DNA of 64,000 nt from Thermoplasmata archaeon (GTDB lineage: Archaea; Thermoplasmatota; Thermoplasmata; GCA-020350865). The position numbers and the translations under genes are program-made. This document shows, one piece after another, positions 47,818-58,800 of the stretch. The stretch covers positions 2,021,930 through 2,085,929 of the forward strand of contig CP070751.1 in NCBI GenBank assembly GCA_020348445.1. Reading direction: 5' to 3'. The notes beneath the pieces are model-generated. The model was not told the DNA's origin. It worked only from the letters and a program-made list of their open reading frames with translations, and made no database searches. Numbering within the stretch: the stretch's first letter is position 1; each line of letters begins with the position of its first letter.

Positions 47818-50800
47818 CTACCAGTTAATAGTCCAGGTGCAGTCTGCTGTTACGTGAATGTATAGCCCAAACCCAGCTTCAATTTGAACGAGGTCATCAG
47901 GAGAATACGAACCTGGATCATATGCCTTCCATGGATCCGATGTATCACTTGCATTATAGTACATAACCATATCCACCTCAGAGGCAATGGTAAAGAATGC
48001 ATCAGACGGACTGATTCCCGCATTTCGGGTAGTCAAGGTTGGATATCCCACCATATTCCAGCCCGGTTTTAATTCTATATTGGTCACTGGGTCTGGATCA
48101 AAACCTGCCACAGTTAAAGTGTCGTCTGTTTTCATATAAATCCAAACGCCCATTATCCTTTCGATGTTTAGGAGGTCGTTTAATCCTGCTTTTTTAACAT
48201 GATAATGTTTCCAATGATCTTTTATATCGCTGATATTGAACCATTGCACTGCCAAATAGTTACCTTCGATATTTGAAAGTACATTCTCCAATCCTGTATC
48301 AGTCATATTGATGGGGATGGAAATCAAGTTCCAACCTTTTTTGAGGGGTGTGTTGAACTTGGTTCCTCCCAAGACTATTACTACATTCTTGCTTGAATCC
48401 ATATCTGTGATCTCCAATCCAGACCTGGCTCCCTCAGCGGCAGAGATATTATGCGGTGTGTAGTAGTACTTACCACCTGTCTGCGTCTCCACATATTCGG
48501 TTACCACCAACCATCTGATCCAACCATCAGCAGGTGTTTGGCCAGTGAACAGGTTGGTGCCGTATGTGTCATTTACCCATACATCTGCAAACTCCACAGG
48601 GACATTGGGAGGCTCCACAACCCTGACATTTAGATACCAGTTGACTGTAAGGTTGGAAGCAGCGTCTGTTATGACTGTTTTAGTCTTATCCAAGGTCGTG
48701 TTCAATAGCCAGGGATGAGAATCACCAGTTATGAAGAATTCACTCCCCGCCACGGATGCAACCATTGTGCTATTGTAAATCTTTGGTGAAGAAAGCCCCT
48801 CACAATAGATATTACGCTCACCCGAATTTTCTATTGTGCACCTTTCAACAATGCCGTTGGAGCCTAAGGTATATCGTAATCCTATTGTGTTCGAGTTAAT
48901 TATTTGATTGCCTGTGATGGTTGGATTCGAGTTTCTTAAGTATATTCCATGATCGTTGCTGCTTATGATATTTCCAGATCCAATGGATGCATCTGAGTTA
49001 TCAAGATATATACCAACGGAATTGTTGTAAATATCGTTATTATCACCAATAGTGACGGCATTTGAATTTAAAATGTAAACACCGATATTATTTTCATAGA
49101 TATCATTTCCTGATATCTGCGCAACCGAGGGATCAAGCCAAATTCCATAAGTATTTCCGCTTGTATCATAGGTTGTTATGTCATTTCCTATAATTGCATT
49201 CATAATCCCCAAATTTGTGCCGTAAATTCCATATGTACCGTTCTTTCCATATGTGTCTGATGTAGCATTGTACCCGGCTATTCCTGGTCGAATATTGTTT
49301 CCAAATATTATCACCTGGCTCGAACTCGTGGCATAGATGGAGAATCTTGATGCGTTGCCGGGTCCGTAATATCCAGTATCTGCATTTCCTCCATCACCAC
49401 CAATTATACTCAAAACGCTGTCAACAGTTATGAAATCGGAATTACCACCGATGTATATTGCTGAACTTCCATTACCTCCACCTCCAGAGGGGTTGAAATT
49501 ATCACCTCCTCTTCCACCTATTATACTCCCTCCATTAATAATCCAGCCAGTGGATCCGGATAAACCTACCCCCGTTCCACCTTCTCCCGCAAATGGATTT
49601 ACCCCATAATTGTGTCCCCCCATACCGCCATATAGGTAGGAGGATGTGCATGCACCCGAGCCATATTGAGAGAATAATGCATTGCCTCCTTCTCCACATC
49701 CATCCAAAAATGTTCCACCGGCCCAATCATCCCCGCCATTTCCACCAGTAGAATTTGAATTGTTAATATCGGCCTGTGTGATAAAGGTAGGTGTATCAGA
49801 GTAAAGAAGGATACCATTTCCAGCATCTCCTGCGATGACCATAATTCCTGTAAGGGCATTATTTCCACCATCTCCCCCAAACATCGAGGATTTTGATATT
49901 AACACATTTGTGGATTTCCAGAGCAATATCCCGTTACCGCCTTCACCAGCGCTTGGAATGGATCCTGGACCTCCACTTCCAGTGTTGTCACCACCATTAC
50001 CTCCTGCAATTACAGGATTCTCCTCTATAGTCAATGAACATGGTGTCCTTATGTCCTGGGTTAAGATTCCATGACCCCCATTTCCGGCTGTCCAGCCCAT
50101 GATATTCCAATCGGCATTATTTTGTCCTCCATTCCCCCCCATAATCAAGTCATTGTAACTTATTATGGCAGTGCCATCGCTTCCGGCGGGATTGTCTATG
50201 ATCATTATCGAATGGTTACCTTCTCCTGCATTGCCGTCACTTAATGCAAGGTTGTCTCCTCCATTTCCTCCGAGAATAGCGTTATTGCCACTGATATCCA
50301 CAGTAGCGATATCAGGTACAGGGATGACTTGGATTCCCATGCCCCCGTCTCCTGCAGACATCATCGGCGTGGTGTTGTTACCACCTCTGCCACCCATTAT
50401 AATTTCGTTACCTATAATCGATAGGTCACCATTGTAGGAATTATCATAGATCCCGTGACCACCAAAGCCGCCTCCACTACCCAGCATATCATCTCCACCA
50501 TTGCCACCGTATATACGGTTGTTGGAAATAGTAATCGAGAGGGAACTTCCCGCCAGGTATATCCCACCGCCACCATCAATTCCACCCAGGCTCCCTGCAC
50601 TCCCATTGTATCCCCAAATATCGTTGTTGTCGACAACTGCATTGGAGGAATCGAATCCTATTGCATAGGAAGTCGCGTTTATTATGGTACTGTCCATTAC
50701 ATTTGCAGAAGAAGAAGCTGCATAGATACCTACTTGACCCACATTCATGATCGTACTGTTGAAAACAGATATGGATGAAGAAGACATAGCATAGATACCC

Positions 50801-51438
50801 ACTTGATCTACATCCATGATCGTACTGTTAGCAACAAAAATGGATGATGAGAGGGCATAAATACCAAATTGACCCATATTAATAATGGAACTGTTGGTCA
50901 TGTTCATTGTGGCAGCACCCACATAAATCACATTTGCTCCAGATACATCAGTATAATTGAAAGAAACGTAGCTTCTTGTAAGAATATAGATTCCCTCCCA
51001 CGCAGAGCCTGTAACATTTTGGGTAAGAAGCACAGGTGAAACAGGGGTTCCATTTACGAACATAGTTGCCCCTGTAGTATCTTGTCCAACCTGAATTACA
51101 AATCCTGGATCGATTCGAACTTCTGCACCTGCTTCTATTTCAAGAATGTAACCATCTTGTACAATAAAATTGTTGCTTACAGTATGGTTATTATCCTTAT
51201 TATGCCAAGTTACCTTCATATCACCTGCAGGATCCCCATTGTAATCCAGACCTCCTCCAAAATTCTGATCCTCCCATTGTGCAGAGTTCGTGTGGTCTTT
51301 ATCAGCAAAAGCCGTGGGTTGACTTATCGGGAACACCAAAAGGAATCCGCTTGCAACCAAAAGCCATACAATTAAAAAGGATGTGGCTCTTTTTGCTTTT
51401 AAATATTCATATTCTCCACCTTTTTTCTTCATGCTCAT
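47818..51438 (-). CDS. Secreted beta-helix protein with about 11 Gly-rich GGxGG...GxGG insertions and a C-terminal GWNL double module
   Basis: RBS GTGAGG before ATG 51438; repeats such as IMGGRGGNN...AGDGGMGI; C-terminal LKKGWNLISIP and LKPGWNMVGYP. Confidence 0.87.
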   Translation of the reverse strand: MSMKKKGGEYEYLKAKRATSFLIVWLLVASGFLLVFPISQPTAFADKDHTNSAQWEDQNFGGGLDYNGDPAGDMKVTWHNKDNNHTVSNNFIVQDGYILEIEAGAEVRIDPGFVIQVGQDTTGATMFVNGTPVSPVLLTQNVTGSAWEGIYILTRSYVSFNYTDVSGANVIYVGAATMNMTNSSIINMGQFGIYALSSSIFVANSTIMDVDQVGIYAMSSSSISVFNSTIMNVGQVGIYAASSSANVMDSTIINATSYAIGFDSSNAVVDNNDIWGYNGSAGSLGGIDGGGGIYLAGSSLSITISNNRIYGGNGGDDMLGSGGGFGGHGIYDNSYNGDLSIIGNEIIMGGRGGNNTTPMMSAGDGGMGIQVIPVPDIATVDISGNNAILGGNGGDNLALSDGNAGEGNHSIMIIDNPAGSDGTAIISYNDLIMGGNGGQNNADWNIMGWTAGNGGHGILTQDIRTPCSLTIEENPVIAGGNGGDNTGSGGPGSIPSAGEGGNGILLWKSTNVLISKSSMFGGDGGNNALTGIMVIAGDAGNGILLYSDTPTFITQADINNSNSTGGNGGDDWAGGTFLDGCGEGGNALFSQYGSGACTSSYLYGGMGGHNYGVNPFAGEGGTGVGLSGSTGWIINGGSIIGGRGGDNFNPSGGGGNGSSAIYIGGNSDFITVDSVLSIIGGDGGNADTGYYGPGNASRFSIYATSSSQVIIFGNNIRPGIAGYNATSDTYGKNGTYGIYGTNLGIMNAIIGNDITTYDTSGNTYGIWLDPSVAQISGNDIYENNIGVYILNSNAVTIGDNNDIYNNSVGIYLDNSDASIGSGNIISSNDHGIYLRNSNPTITGNQIINSNTIGLRYTLGSNGIVERCTIENSGERNIYCEGLSSPKIYNSTMVASVAGSEFFITGDSHPWLLNTTLDKTKTVITDAASNLTVNWYLNVRVVEPPNVPVEFADVWVNDTYGTNLFTGQTPADGWIRWLVVTEYVETQTGGKYYYTPHNISAAEGARSGLEITDMDSSKNVVIVLGGTKFNTPLKKGWNLISIPINMTDTGLENVLSNIEGNYLAVQWFNISDIKDHWKHYHVKKAGLNDLLNIERIMGVWIYMKTDDTLTVAGFDPDPVTNIELKPGWNMVGYPTLTTRNAGISPSDAFFTIASEVDMVMYYNASDTSDPWKAYDPGSYSPDDLVQIEAGFGLYIHVTADCTWTINW

Positions 51439-51920
51439 CAGTCCTCACATTTCTCTATCCCATCAAAATCGAATTATAGAAGATTATAAAATATAATCGG
51501 GCTTCTACTACTTAAGTATTTTAGAACGTTTTTTGAAGTGTATTTGTAAATATTTAAACCACTACTTTTAAGGAGGTATGTCTGAAGATCATGTTTTCAA
51601 GAGAGAATTAAATTGTTGATCTCTAAAGCAATCAAATTTATAAAACAATATATGTGGACCAGATTCAAGTTGATTCAACATTTTAATCTCAGCCCATAAA
51701 ACATAGGCCCAATCCAAATAAAAAGGTTTACATGCTATTAAAATTAACCATAGTATATAAATAAATCCATAATAATTCGCATATAATTTAAATACTTTTT
51801 AACTACTGTTCCATAAAATATTTAAGGATAAAGAATTATATATATAAATATATACAAATCGACTGTATATAATATTTCAAAAGGATATATGTACATTTAT
51901 AATAATCGATATAATCAGCA

Positions 51921-52098
51921 CCTTGGGGGATGACCTTACCATCCGATAAAAAACCTAGGGGGGATGTCCAGGGTAAGAGAACCATTAATAAGGCCTCATA
52001 TTATCTACTTCGTGTTCTGCTCAATTACACTCTTTGTATTGAGTTCACAGAACAAAGCGCCGAGGAGGGGCGCTATGACATAAATACCCAAGGCCTTA
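51921..52098 (+). ncRNA. Candidate structured 5' leader (multi-stem, two mutually exclusive closing helices) upstream of 52114..55695
   Basis: Pairings found by eye: 51921-27/52087-93, 51935-40/51972-77, 52013-29/52035-54, 52056-61/52069-74, and the alternative 51989-96/52091-98. No known RNA family recognised. Confidence 0.4.
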
Positions 52099-52113
52099 GG
52101 AGGGAGGCAAAAA

Positions 52114-55100
52114 ATGGCAAAATTTAGAAAATTAACGACATCTCTTACGGCATTAATGATGACAATAAGTACTATGGTAATGATGTTTTCACCTGTAGCA
52201 GCGATACCAATTGTCTCAATTTCAGGCCCTATCGATGTAGATGAGGGTGTATCAGACGTCTTTACGGGAACAATCTCAGGTTACGGTACAGGTACACCCG
52301 CAGGTTATGACATCGACGATACACTTATCGAGCCATTTATCGACGCAACAGGGGGCACGACATTAATAACCTCGGCTGGTTCTAGCGGAGCAGTGGCAAC
52401 CCTTGCCCTACCATTCGACTTCAATTTCTGGGGAGTATATTACCCTGCTGGAAGCACGATCTGGGTAACTTCAAATGCTGTGATGGACTTTGGGTGTGGA
52501 GACCATTTTAATTACTACAACTATAACATTCCAAGCACATCAAGTTCCAGTCCTAACAATGCTGCGTATGTGTACCAGGATAGCATGCGGATAAGGAGTA
52601 GTTCTTCAAGCTTCGTATGCTATGAGGTAGGTATAGCCACCGGGGGAGAAACAAATGATCCAAACAAGATAGGCCATACATACCTTGCTATCGAGTGGCA
52701 CAATATGTATTATAGCTCGACCTCTTCCAACCCAGGCACGTTGGAGATCGTTCTATGGGACGACGACGACATAGACATGCGCTATTACGACGTTCGCTTC
52801 TACTATACGTCCCACAGCTATGGCAGAAGTACAACAGTTGGCTTAGAAAATGCGGACGGCACAGAGGCTGCAAAATACTGCTATAATCCCTCTAGTCCAG
52901 GTCCGATAAGTAATGGTATGAACATAAGATACACATGGCATGAGGCTGGAGGTACAGGCTACGAGTGGAAAGTCGATGGTACGTTGGTAGACGCAGGTTT
53001 TGTCGGTTCTGACCCATTCTCTGCAACGCTCAGCTATGCATTTCCAGACGGTCCTGCGACAGGAACCATCGAGTTGATTGTGACCTACGATGGTGCACCC
53101 ATAGACTTCACCACCCATACCGTGACAGTTCACAACGTGGCACCACTTGTTTACGGCGATAACACCTACGCTGACAACTATGCAGGCGCTGATAACGCGG
53201 TCTATCTTGGCGATTGGATTTATTTCCACGGCCATATATCGGATGTAGCTGCCGATACTCCACCCGACTGGGAACCACACCAGTGGGTCGAAGTCACTCC
53301 TGGCTCTGAAGGAGTTGAATGGGAAATCACTCCCTACACTGGACCTTATGAGCCATACTGGGAATACAACTGGGAGATCAAGTTCCTGAGACCAGGTACA
53401 TATACGGTAACTGTGTATGTCCAAGACAAGGATGGCGGCATAGGATGGGGCTCTGACGAGGATGCACCTAGAACTGTAGTTGTAATTGAACACATCCGTT
53501 ATCAATGGACAGGAGCAGGTCATGGCCTCAAAGTGCTCGATGCAGCTGTCAAACCGGCCGATGTTCAGGCAGGCGGAATGACTTTAGCGTACCTAAAGGT
53601 AATGCATGATCATCCGGATCCAGATGTCCAAGTACCTCTAATCAAGGAGGACCTCCAAACGCTTATCCCAGAAGATTGGGAGCTGCTTAGGGTATACGGC
53701 CCAGAATGGATCAACGGCGGTTCTACTGAAATCTTAACTGCAGCAATATCCATACCACCTGGAACACCTGTGGGAGACTACAGTTTCTTTGTTGAACCCA
53801 TCCCCTATTCCATACCCAATCACTGGCACGAAATCGGAGGCGGTGTATGGTGGTGCGGAGACGACATTACAGACGAATACGGTCAATATTATGCAGATCC
53901 GCTGACGTACAAGGACGTTTATGTCGATGCCCAGTATCTAAGGTTGACCCATTCCATAGTGTCAGATTCCGCTTCCGGCGGTTGTGTCCTCATAGACGAT
54001 GGATCAGGATGGGCACTGCTCACGCCATTGGACGGATATATCGACACTGTATTTGCCTTGGGTCGAGCTCTTGATCTACCGTACACGGTGGACGGCCCGG
54101 GTTTCACCTACACATACAGTGGTGTTGACTACTTCGATATATCAGACTATGCAGGACAGCAGGTCGACATAATACTGATGTTCGCAAGCTGGAGTTCATC
54201 TGGCTACCGCGGCTGGGACATATTTGATATCAGTCTTGTTGATCATGACGGCACAAACGTGTTCTTCGACGATTTTACTAACGCGGATAACTGGGATACA
54301 GATGACAGGTACGGGGTTCTGGACTACGATATGGACGATAGTGGTGATTGCGTCGATTACTGGATCGATATCGTTGACCCAGCAAACGATTTGGGTATGG
54401 ATGAAGACTATCCATATTACAGATACGTACTACCGTATGACTTCACATTCTACGGCCAGACGTTTAGCCAGTTGACCATAGCCGCATTCGGGTACCTGGT
54501 AATGGACTACCCACCCTATGGCACTGTTACCAAAAGTCCCCAAGAGTTTCCAACTTCCACATCGTACCTCAAATACGTGATAGCACCGCTTCATGCAGAT
54601 CTGAGCCCTGGAACTGGTTCTTACGAGCGTGGTTTGATTTATGGTAAGCAGATAGGCAGTCAATTGGTGGTGACTTGGGATGATGTGATGATAGGTTATT
54701 CATCGTCCACAAGTGTGACGTTCCAGGTGATACTGGATAACAGCGATAACTCAATACGATTCAACTACCTCGATATGAATGTGGGTACCAGCTTATCCAG
54801 ATGTATGGTTGGACTCAATGCAGATGACGGTGTGAGACATGAAAGCTACTATTACAGGTACTATTCCACTGAGACAGGAACCCTCCCTGATACCTGCACA
54901 ACGATTCTATACACACCAGGCCCAATGGAAAAGGTCGGAGGCTGGGAGATAACAACTGAAGGCCTGATAACAGACAGCCCTGGTGAGGACTATGCAGATT
55001 CTTTTGATACATACCTCACACTCCTTGACGGTGTGTATCTTCCTGACGACTACGCAGCCTTGGAGTTCGACCACATGTACTATGTTTATGGTGGAGATAT

Positions 55101-55695
55101 ACTCTGGGTGGAAGTCAGTGCAGACAACGGTGGCACTTGGGACCAAGTGGAGTACTACGGATACTACGATGTAACTGAGACTCCAGGATATCCAGACTCA
55201 ACAGTGCATGCATACGTTGATCTAGCCAATTATGTAGGTGAGACCGTCCTTATCAGATTCCATCTCGATGCTGACAGCTACGGACACCGTGATGGTTGGT
55301 ACATCGACAACGTCGAGATAAATACATATACAGAAGACCTCATAGGGACCGAAAGCGCAACCGATCCAAGACCACTAATGACAATCTCAGTGGTGGGAAA
55401 GATGAAGGGAAACGAGCTTGCATACTACCGCCATACGCAGAACGCCATAAGAGAGATCATGGTACTGTATCTAAATCTCGAAGCCGGCATGGCAGATGAC
55501 GGTTCCCTTGATGCAGCCCTTGATGCATACACAAGCTGTGACACAGAGACCGCACAAAACATTGCTTCAGCTGCCAACGAAAATGGAAATAGCTATGGCT
55601 ACTGGGTTCACGAAGGAGGCTATGCCTACTTCTTCAACCCAGGTAAAAACGGCAATGGTATGGCTGGTCTGACAGGTAAGGAAGCCGTGGACTGA
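52114..55695 (+). CDS. Secreted acidic Tyr/Asp-rich protein (1,193 aa) with two nidogen(NIDO)-like domains, Ig-like segments and immune-inhibitor-A/MAM-like jelly-roll domains; no catalytic HExxH
   Basis: Strong RBS GGAGGGAGG; signal peptide MAKFRKLTTSLTALMMTISTMVMMFSPVAA; LPFDFNFWG..Y and LPYDFTFYGQ..; WVEVSADNGGTW...DLANYVGETVLIRFHLDAD...GWYIDNVEI. Confidence 0.85.
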   Translation: MAKFRKLTTSLTALMMTISTMVMMFSPVAAIPIVSISGPIDVDEGVSDVFTGTISGYGTGTPAGYDIDDTLIEPFIDATGGTTLITSAGSSGAVATLALPFDFNFWGVYYPAGSTIWVTSNAVMDFGCGDHFNYYNYNIPSTSSSSPNNAAYVYQDSMRIRSSSSSFVCYEVGIATGGETNDPNKIGHTYLAIEWHNMYYSSTSSNPGTLEIVLWDDDDIDMRYYDVRFYYTSHSYGRSTTVGLENADGTEAAKYCYNPSSPGPISNGMNIRYTWHEAGGTGYEWKVDGTLVDAGFVGSDPFSATLSYAFPDGPATGTIELIVTYDGAPIDFTTHTVTVHNVAPLVYGDNTYADNYAGADNAVYLGDWIYFHGHISDVAADTPPDWEPHQWVEVTPGSEGVEWEITPYTGPYEPYWEYNWEIKFLRPGTYTVTVYVQDKDGGIGWGSDEDAPRTVVVIEHIRYQWTGAGHGLKVLDAAVKPADVQAGGMTLAYLKVMHDHPDPDVQVPLIKEDLQTLIPEDWELLRVYGPEWINGGSTEILTAAISIPPGTPVGDYSFFVEPIPYSIPNHWHEIGGGVWWCGDDITDEYGQYYADPLTYKDVYVDAQYLRLTHSIVSDSASGGCVLIDDGSGWALLTPLDGYIDTVFALGRALDLPYTVDGPGFTYTYSGVDYFDISDYAGQQVDIILMFASWSSSGYRGWDIFDISLVDHDGTNVFFDDFTNADNWDTDDRYGVLDYDMDDSGDCVDYWIDIVDPANDLGMDEDYPYYRYVLPYDFTFYGQTFSQLTIAAFGYLVMDYPPYGTVTKSPQEFPTSTSYLKYVIAPLHADLSPGTGSYERGLIYGKQIGSQLVVTWDDVMIGYSSSTSVTFQVILDNSDNSIRFNYLDMNVGTSLSRCMVGLNADDGVRHESYYYRYYSTETGTLPDTCTTILYTPGPMEKVGGWEITTEGLITDSPGEDYADSFDTYLTLLDGVYLPDDYAALEFDHMYYVYGGDILWVEVSADNGGTWDQVEYYGYYDVTETPGYPDSTVHAYVDLANYVGETVLIRFHLDADSYGHRDGWYIDNVEINTYTEDLIGTESATDPRPLMTISVVGKMKGNELAYYRHTQNAIREIMVLYLNLEAGMADDGSLDAALDAYTSCDTETAQNIASAANENGNSYGYWVHEGGYAYFFNPGKNGNGMAGLTGKEAVD

Positions 55696-55727
55696 TGCTC
55701 TCTTTTAAAGACAAGACCCAAAAACAA

Positions 55728-55756
55728 ACCCTCTTCCTTTTTTTTTATTTCTTTTA
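55728..55756 (+). terminator. Pyrimidine-rich/oligo-T archaeal terminator
   Basis: CCCTCTTCC followed by T9 (55738-55746) and ATTTCTTTT, about 40 nt after the stop at 55695. Confidence 0.6.
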
Positions 55757-55832
55757 ATTCCTTTAAAAAGATTTATGTAGGCCTATTTTTATATTTAGCT
55801 TTACCAAACCAGTTGATGAAAATGGGAGGAGC

Positions 55833-58800
55833 ATGACGCAAGAAAAGTATATCAATAGAAGAAGGATTTACAGTACGGCAATATCCTTTACTTTGTTTGC
55901 TTCGGTAATAACCACCCTTTTTGTAGGTGCAACCATTTTTCTTGGCAAAGAAGCAACTGCTACACCTCACAGTGGCTCCACAACTGGCGACGAAGAATGG
56001 CTTGCTGTGGATAATCCTCATGTCGTAACAGCCAATTTCACCGTCGAAATTAACCATAATCTAACCCTTGAGCCTGGGGTAAGGGTCGAATTCGTGGAAA
56101 ATACCCATCTTCGGATAAAGGGCAGGTTGATTGCAAGTGGTGACCAAAACATCATAACCTTTACATCCATTTACGGAGCACCCAAGCCTGAGCAGTACTG
56201 GGAGGCTATCTTAATAGATCACACCAGTCGTCAAAACATTATTGATCACACAGAGATAGAATATGCGAATTATGGCGTATATTCAAGCTGTACTAGTCTA
56301 AAAGTATCCAACAACACGATTTCATCAACATGGTATGCAGGCATATACACATATAACTCGAATCCCGTGATATACAACAACACAGTAACTTTGAATGACG
56401 GTTGGGGAATTAAAATCGAAGAAAGTTCAATGCCTGTGATAAGCTATAATGAGGTCACTTTCAACGATTACGACGGAATTTATTCAGGTAGAAACTCAAG
56501 ACCTACAATAACCAACAATGCGGTAAACTCAAATTATAACAACGGAATCAAATGTATGGAGGGCTCAACTCCGATAATAAAAAACAACGAAATCTCATCG
56601 AACATGCACGATGGAATTTATGTTTACTCAGCATCACCACAAATTTTATATAACATCGTAACAGCAAACAATCACACCGGCATCAGAGTTTCCTCATCCT
56701 CTTCAGCCCCCCTCATTGAGAATAATACAATATCAAGCAACTTAAAAAATGGTATTGTTTGTTTGTATGGTGCAAATCCAAATATTAAAAGTAACATAAT
56801 AAGTAACAACGACCAAGATACCAAAGATCTGTACCCGGCCATCTATATCGATGACTCAAATCCAGTCATATCCCAAAATAATATTTCTTCCAACAATGCC
56901 CACGGCATATACATTACAAACGCTGCCTCTCCTAATATAGAAAAAAACACCATTAAAAACAACTATTTAGGGATATACATAGAGGGCTCAGCGCCGCAGA
57001 TTGTGGGGGATACAATATCCCTCAACACACATGATGGAATATTTATGGATTCATCGAGCCCCACCTTAACTGGTGTGGCAATATCCTCCAATGGGGACGA
57101 CGGTGTCCAAGTCGTTTCCTCGTCTCCTGTGATTGAGGATTGCCTTGTATCCTCAAACACCGACAATAATGTTCAGTCCTCGTCCTCGATTTTCACAATA
57201 GCAAACTCAAGTATCTCTCTTTCAAATGGGAATGATTTTGATTTGAGCGAAAACAGCCATATGCATGTTCTCAACACAACATTCGACAACACCAGTGTTT
57301 CCTTTAGTGATGCTGCATCCATTCTTGAGGTACAGTGGTATCTTTCTGTTTTTGTGCTGGATTCAAAAGGCGATAAAATTTCAGGTGCGAACGTTGTTGT
57401 AAAAGATGCGTCAAGAACAGAAATTTATAATGGAACCTGCATAGGGGGCAAGGTAAAATGGATCCAAACCACCCAGTACACACAGGATCAGGTGAGCAAA
57501 ATAATACACACCCCCCACAACATCAGTGCATCAAGAGATGCAAGCACCGCCTATAGTGACCAAGACCCAACAATGGATGCGAATAAAGAGGTTACGATAT
57601 TCTTCCCGTTCGATCTAGGGATTTCCGTGCCCACAGGTCTGAACGTTAATTCCCTTGCTGAGGGCGGTGGGCTCAATATAACGTGGGATCCAAATCCTGA
57701 AGAGGATTTGACTGGATATATATTGTATATCAGTTTGGATAAAGTCAGCTACGATGTTGAAGCGGTTTTAACAGCCAAAAATAACTATTACATCGATTTC
57801 GATCTCATTGATGGGCAGGAATATTACTACAGGATTTCCGCTGCAAACAGCACTAATGAAAGCGGTCTTTCTGAACCTGTAAAAGGTATACCAGGTGATA
57901 TATTACCTCCGATGCCACCCACTAATCTAACAGCAGTCAGAGGGTACAGCGAGGACTCACTGGTTCTCATATGGCATGCTGTTGGAGATGAGGATGTGAT
58001 GGGATACAATGTATACAGGGCAGAAACACCTGATGGCGAATTTGAACTAATTGCAAAATTAGGCCTCCAAAACGAATACACTGATTATGGCCTTGAGACC
58101 TACACCACATATTACTACAAGGTCACAGCATTTGACGAGGTACCTAATGAATCTGAATACTCAAAAATGGCAAGCAACACGACCTGGGATACAGAGCCTC
58201 CAATCACGCCTGAGGATTTGAAAATCGAGGTCATACCCACGGGAAACACTCTGAACCTGTCATGGATTTCAAATGCCGAAGATGACTTCAATCATTATAC
58301 AGTATATATCGGTACAAACAATTTAACCTTCAATGTAGAGGCAACAGTGCCGCCTTCACCTCATCCATATTATCTTGACACCAACCTTACCAATGGAAAA
58401 ATGTACTATTATAAACTATCAGCATCAGATTATAGACCAAACGAGTCTCCGCTCTCTGAATCTATTGCTGGGATGCCAATGGATACAATAATACCAAGTC
58501 CGCCAACAGGTTTGATCGTGTCGTATAATCCAAATCCAGATGCCCTGAATCTAAGCTGGAATCCAAATAGCGAGGAGGATGTTGTGGGGTATAATATTTA
58601 TCGCTCCGAATCAAGTGGTGGACCCTATACCCTTGTAACGACAGTGGGTTTGGTTGCCAAGTTTCAGGATATAGGTTTGGCAAGCGATATTGTCTATTAC
58701 TATGTTATTACGGCTTTTGATGAGGTTCCTAATTACTCAACATTCAGCAACGAGGCAAATGGAACAACCACAGATACGGTACCTCCGGCTGCACCTAAAA

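Noticed and set aside
51440-51920. Very AT-rich 480-bp intergenic region considered as a replication origin
   Set aside because: No ORB-like boxes and no adjacent cdc6/orc1. It is adequately explained as a divergent promoter region.
51930-52127. 65-aa ORF overlapping the start of the 52114 gene
   Set aside because: It has no RBS and overlaps the next gene's strong RBS and start out of frame; the region is better explained as a 5' leader. A leader-peptide role cannot be fully excluded.
52843-53523. 226-aa minus-strand ORF
   Set aside because: It is antisense to the 1,193-aa CDS; long shadow ORFs are expected from that gene's higher GC and C-ending codons.
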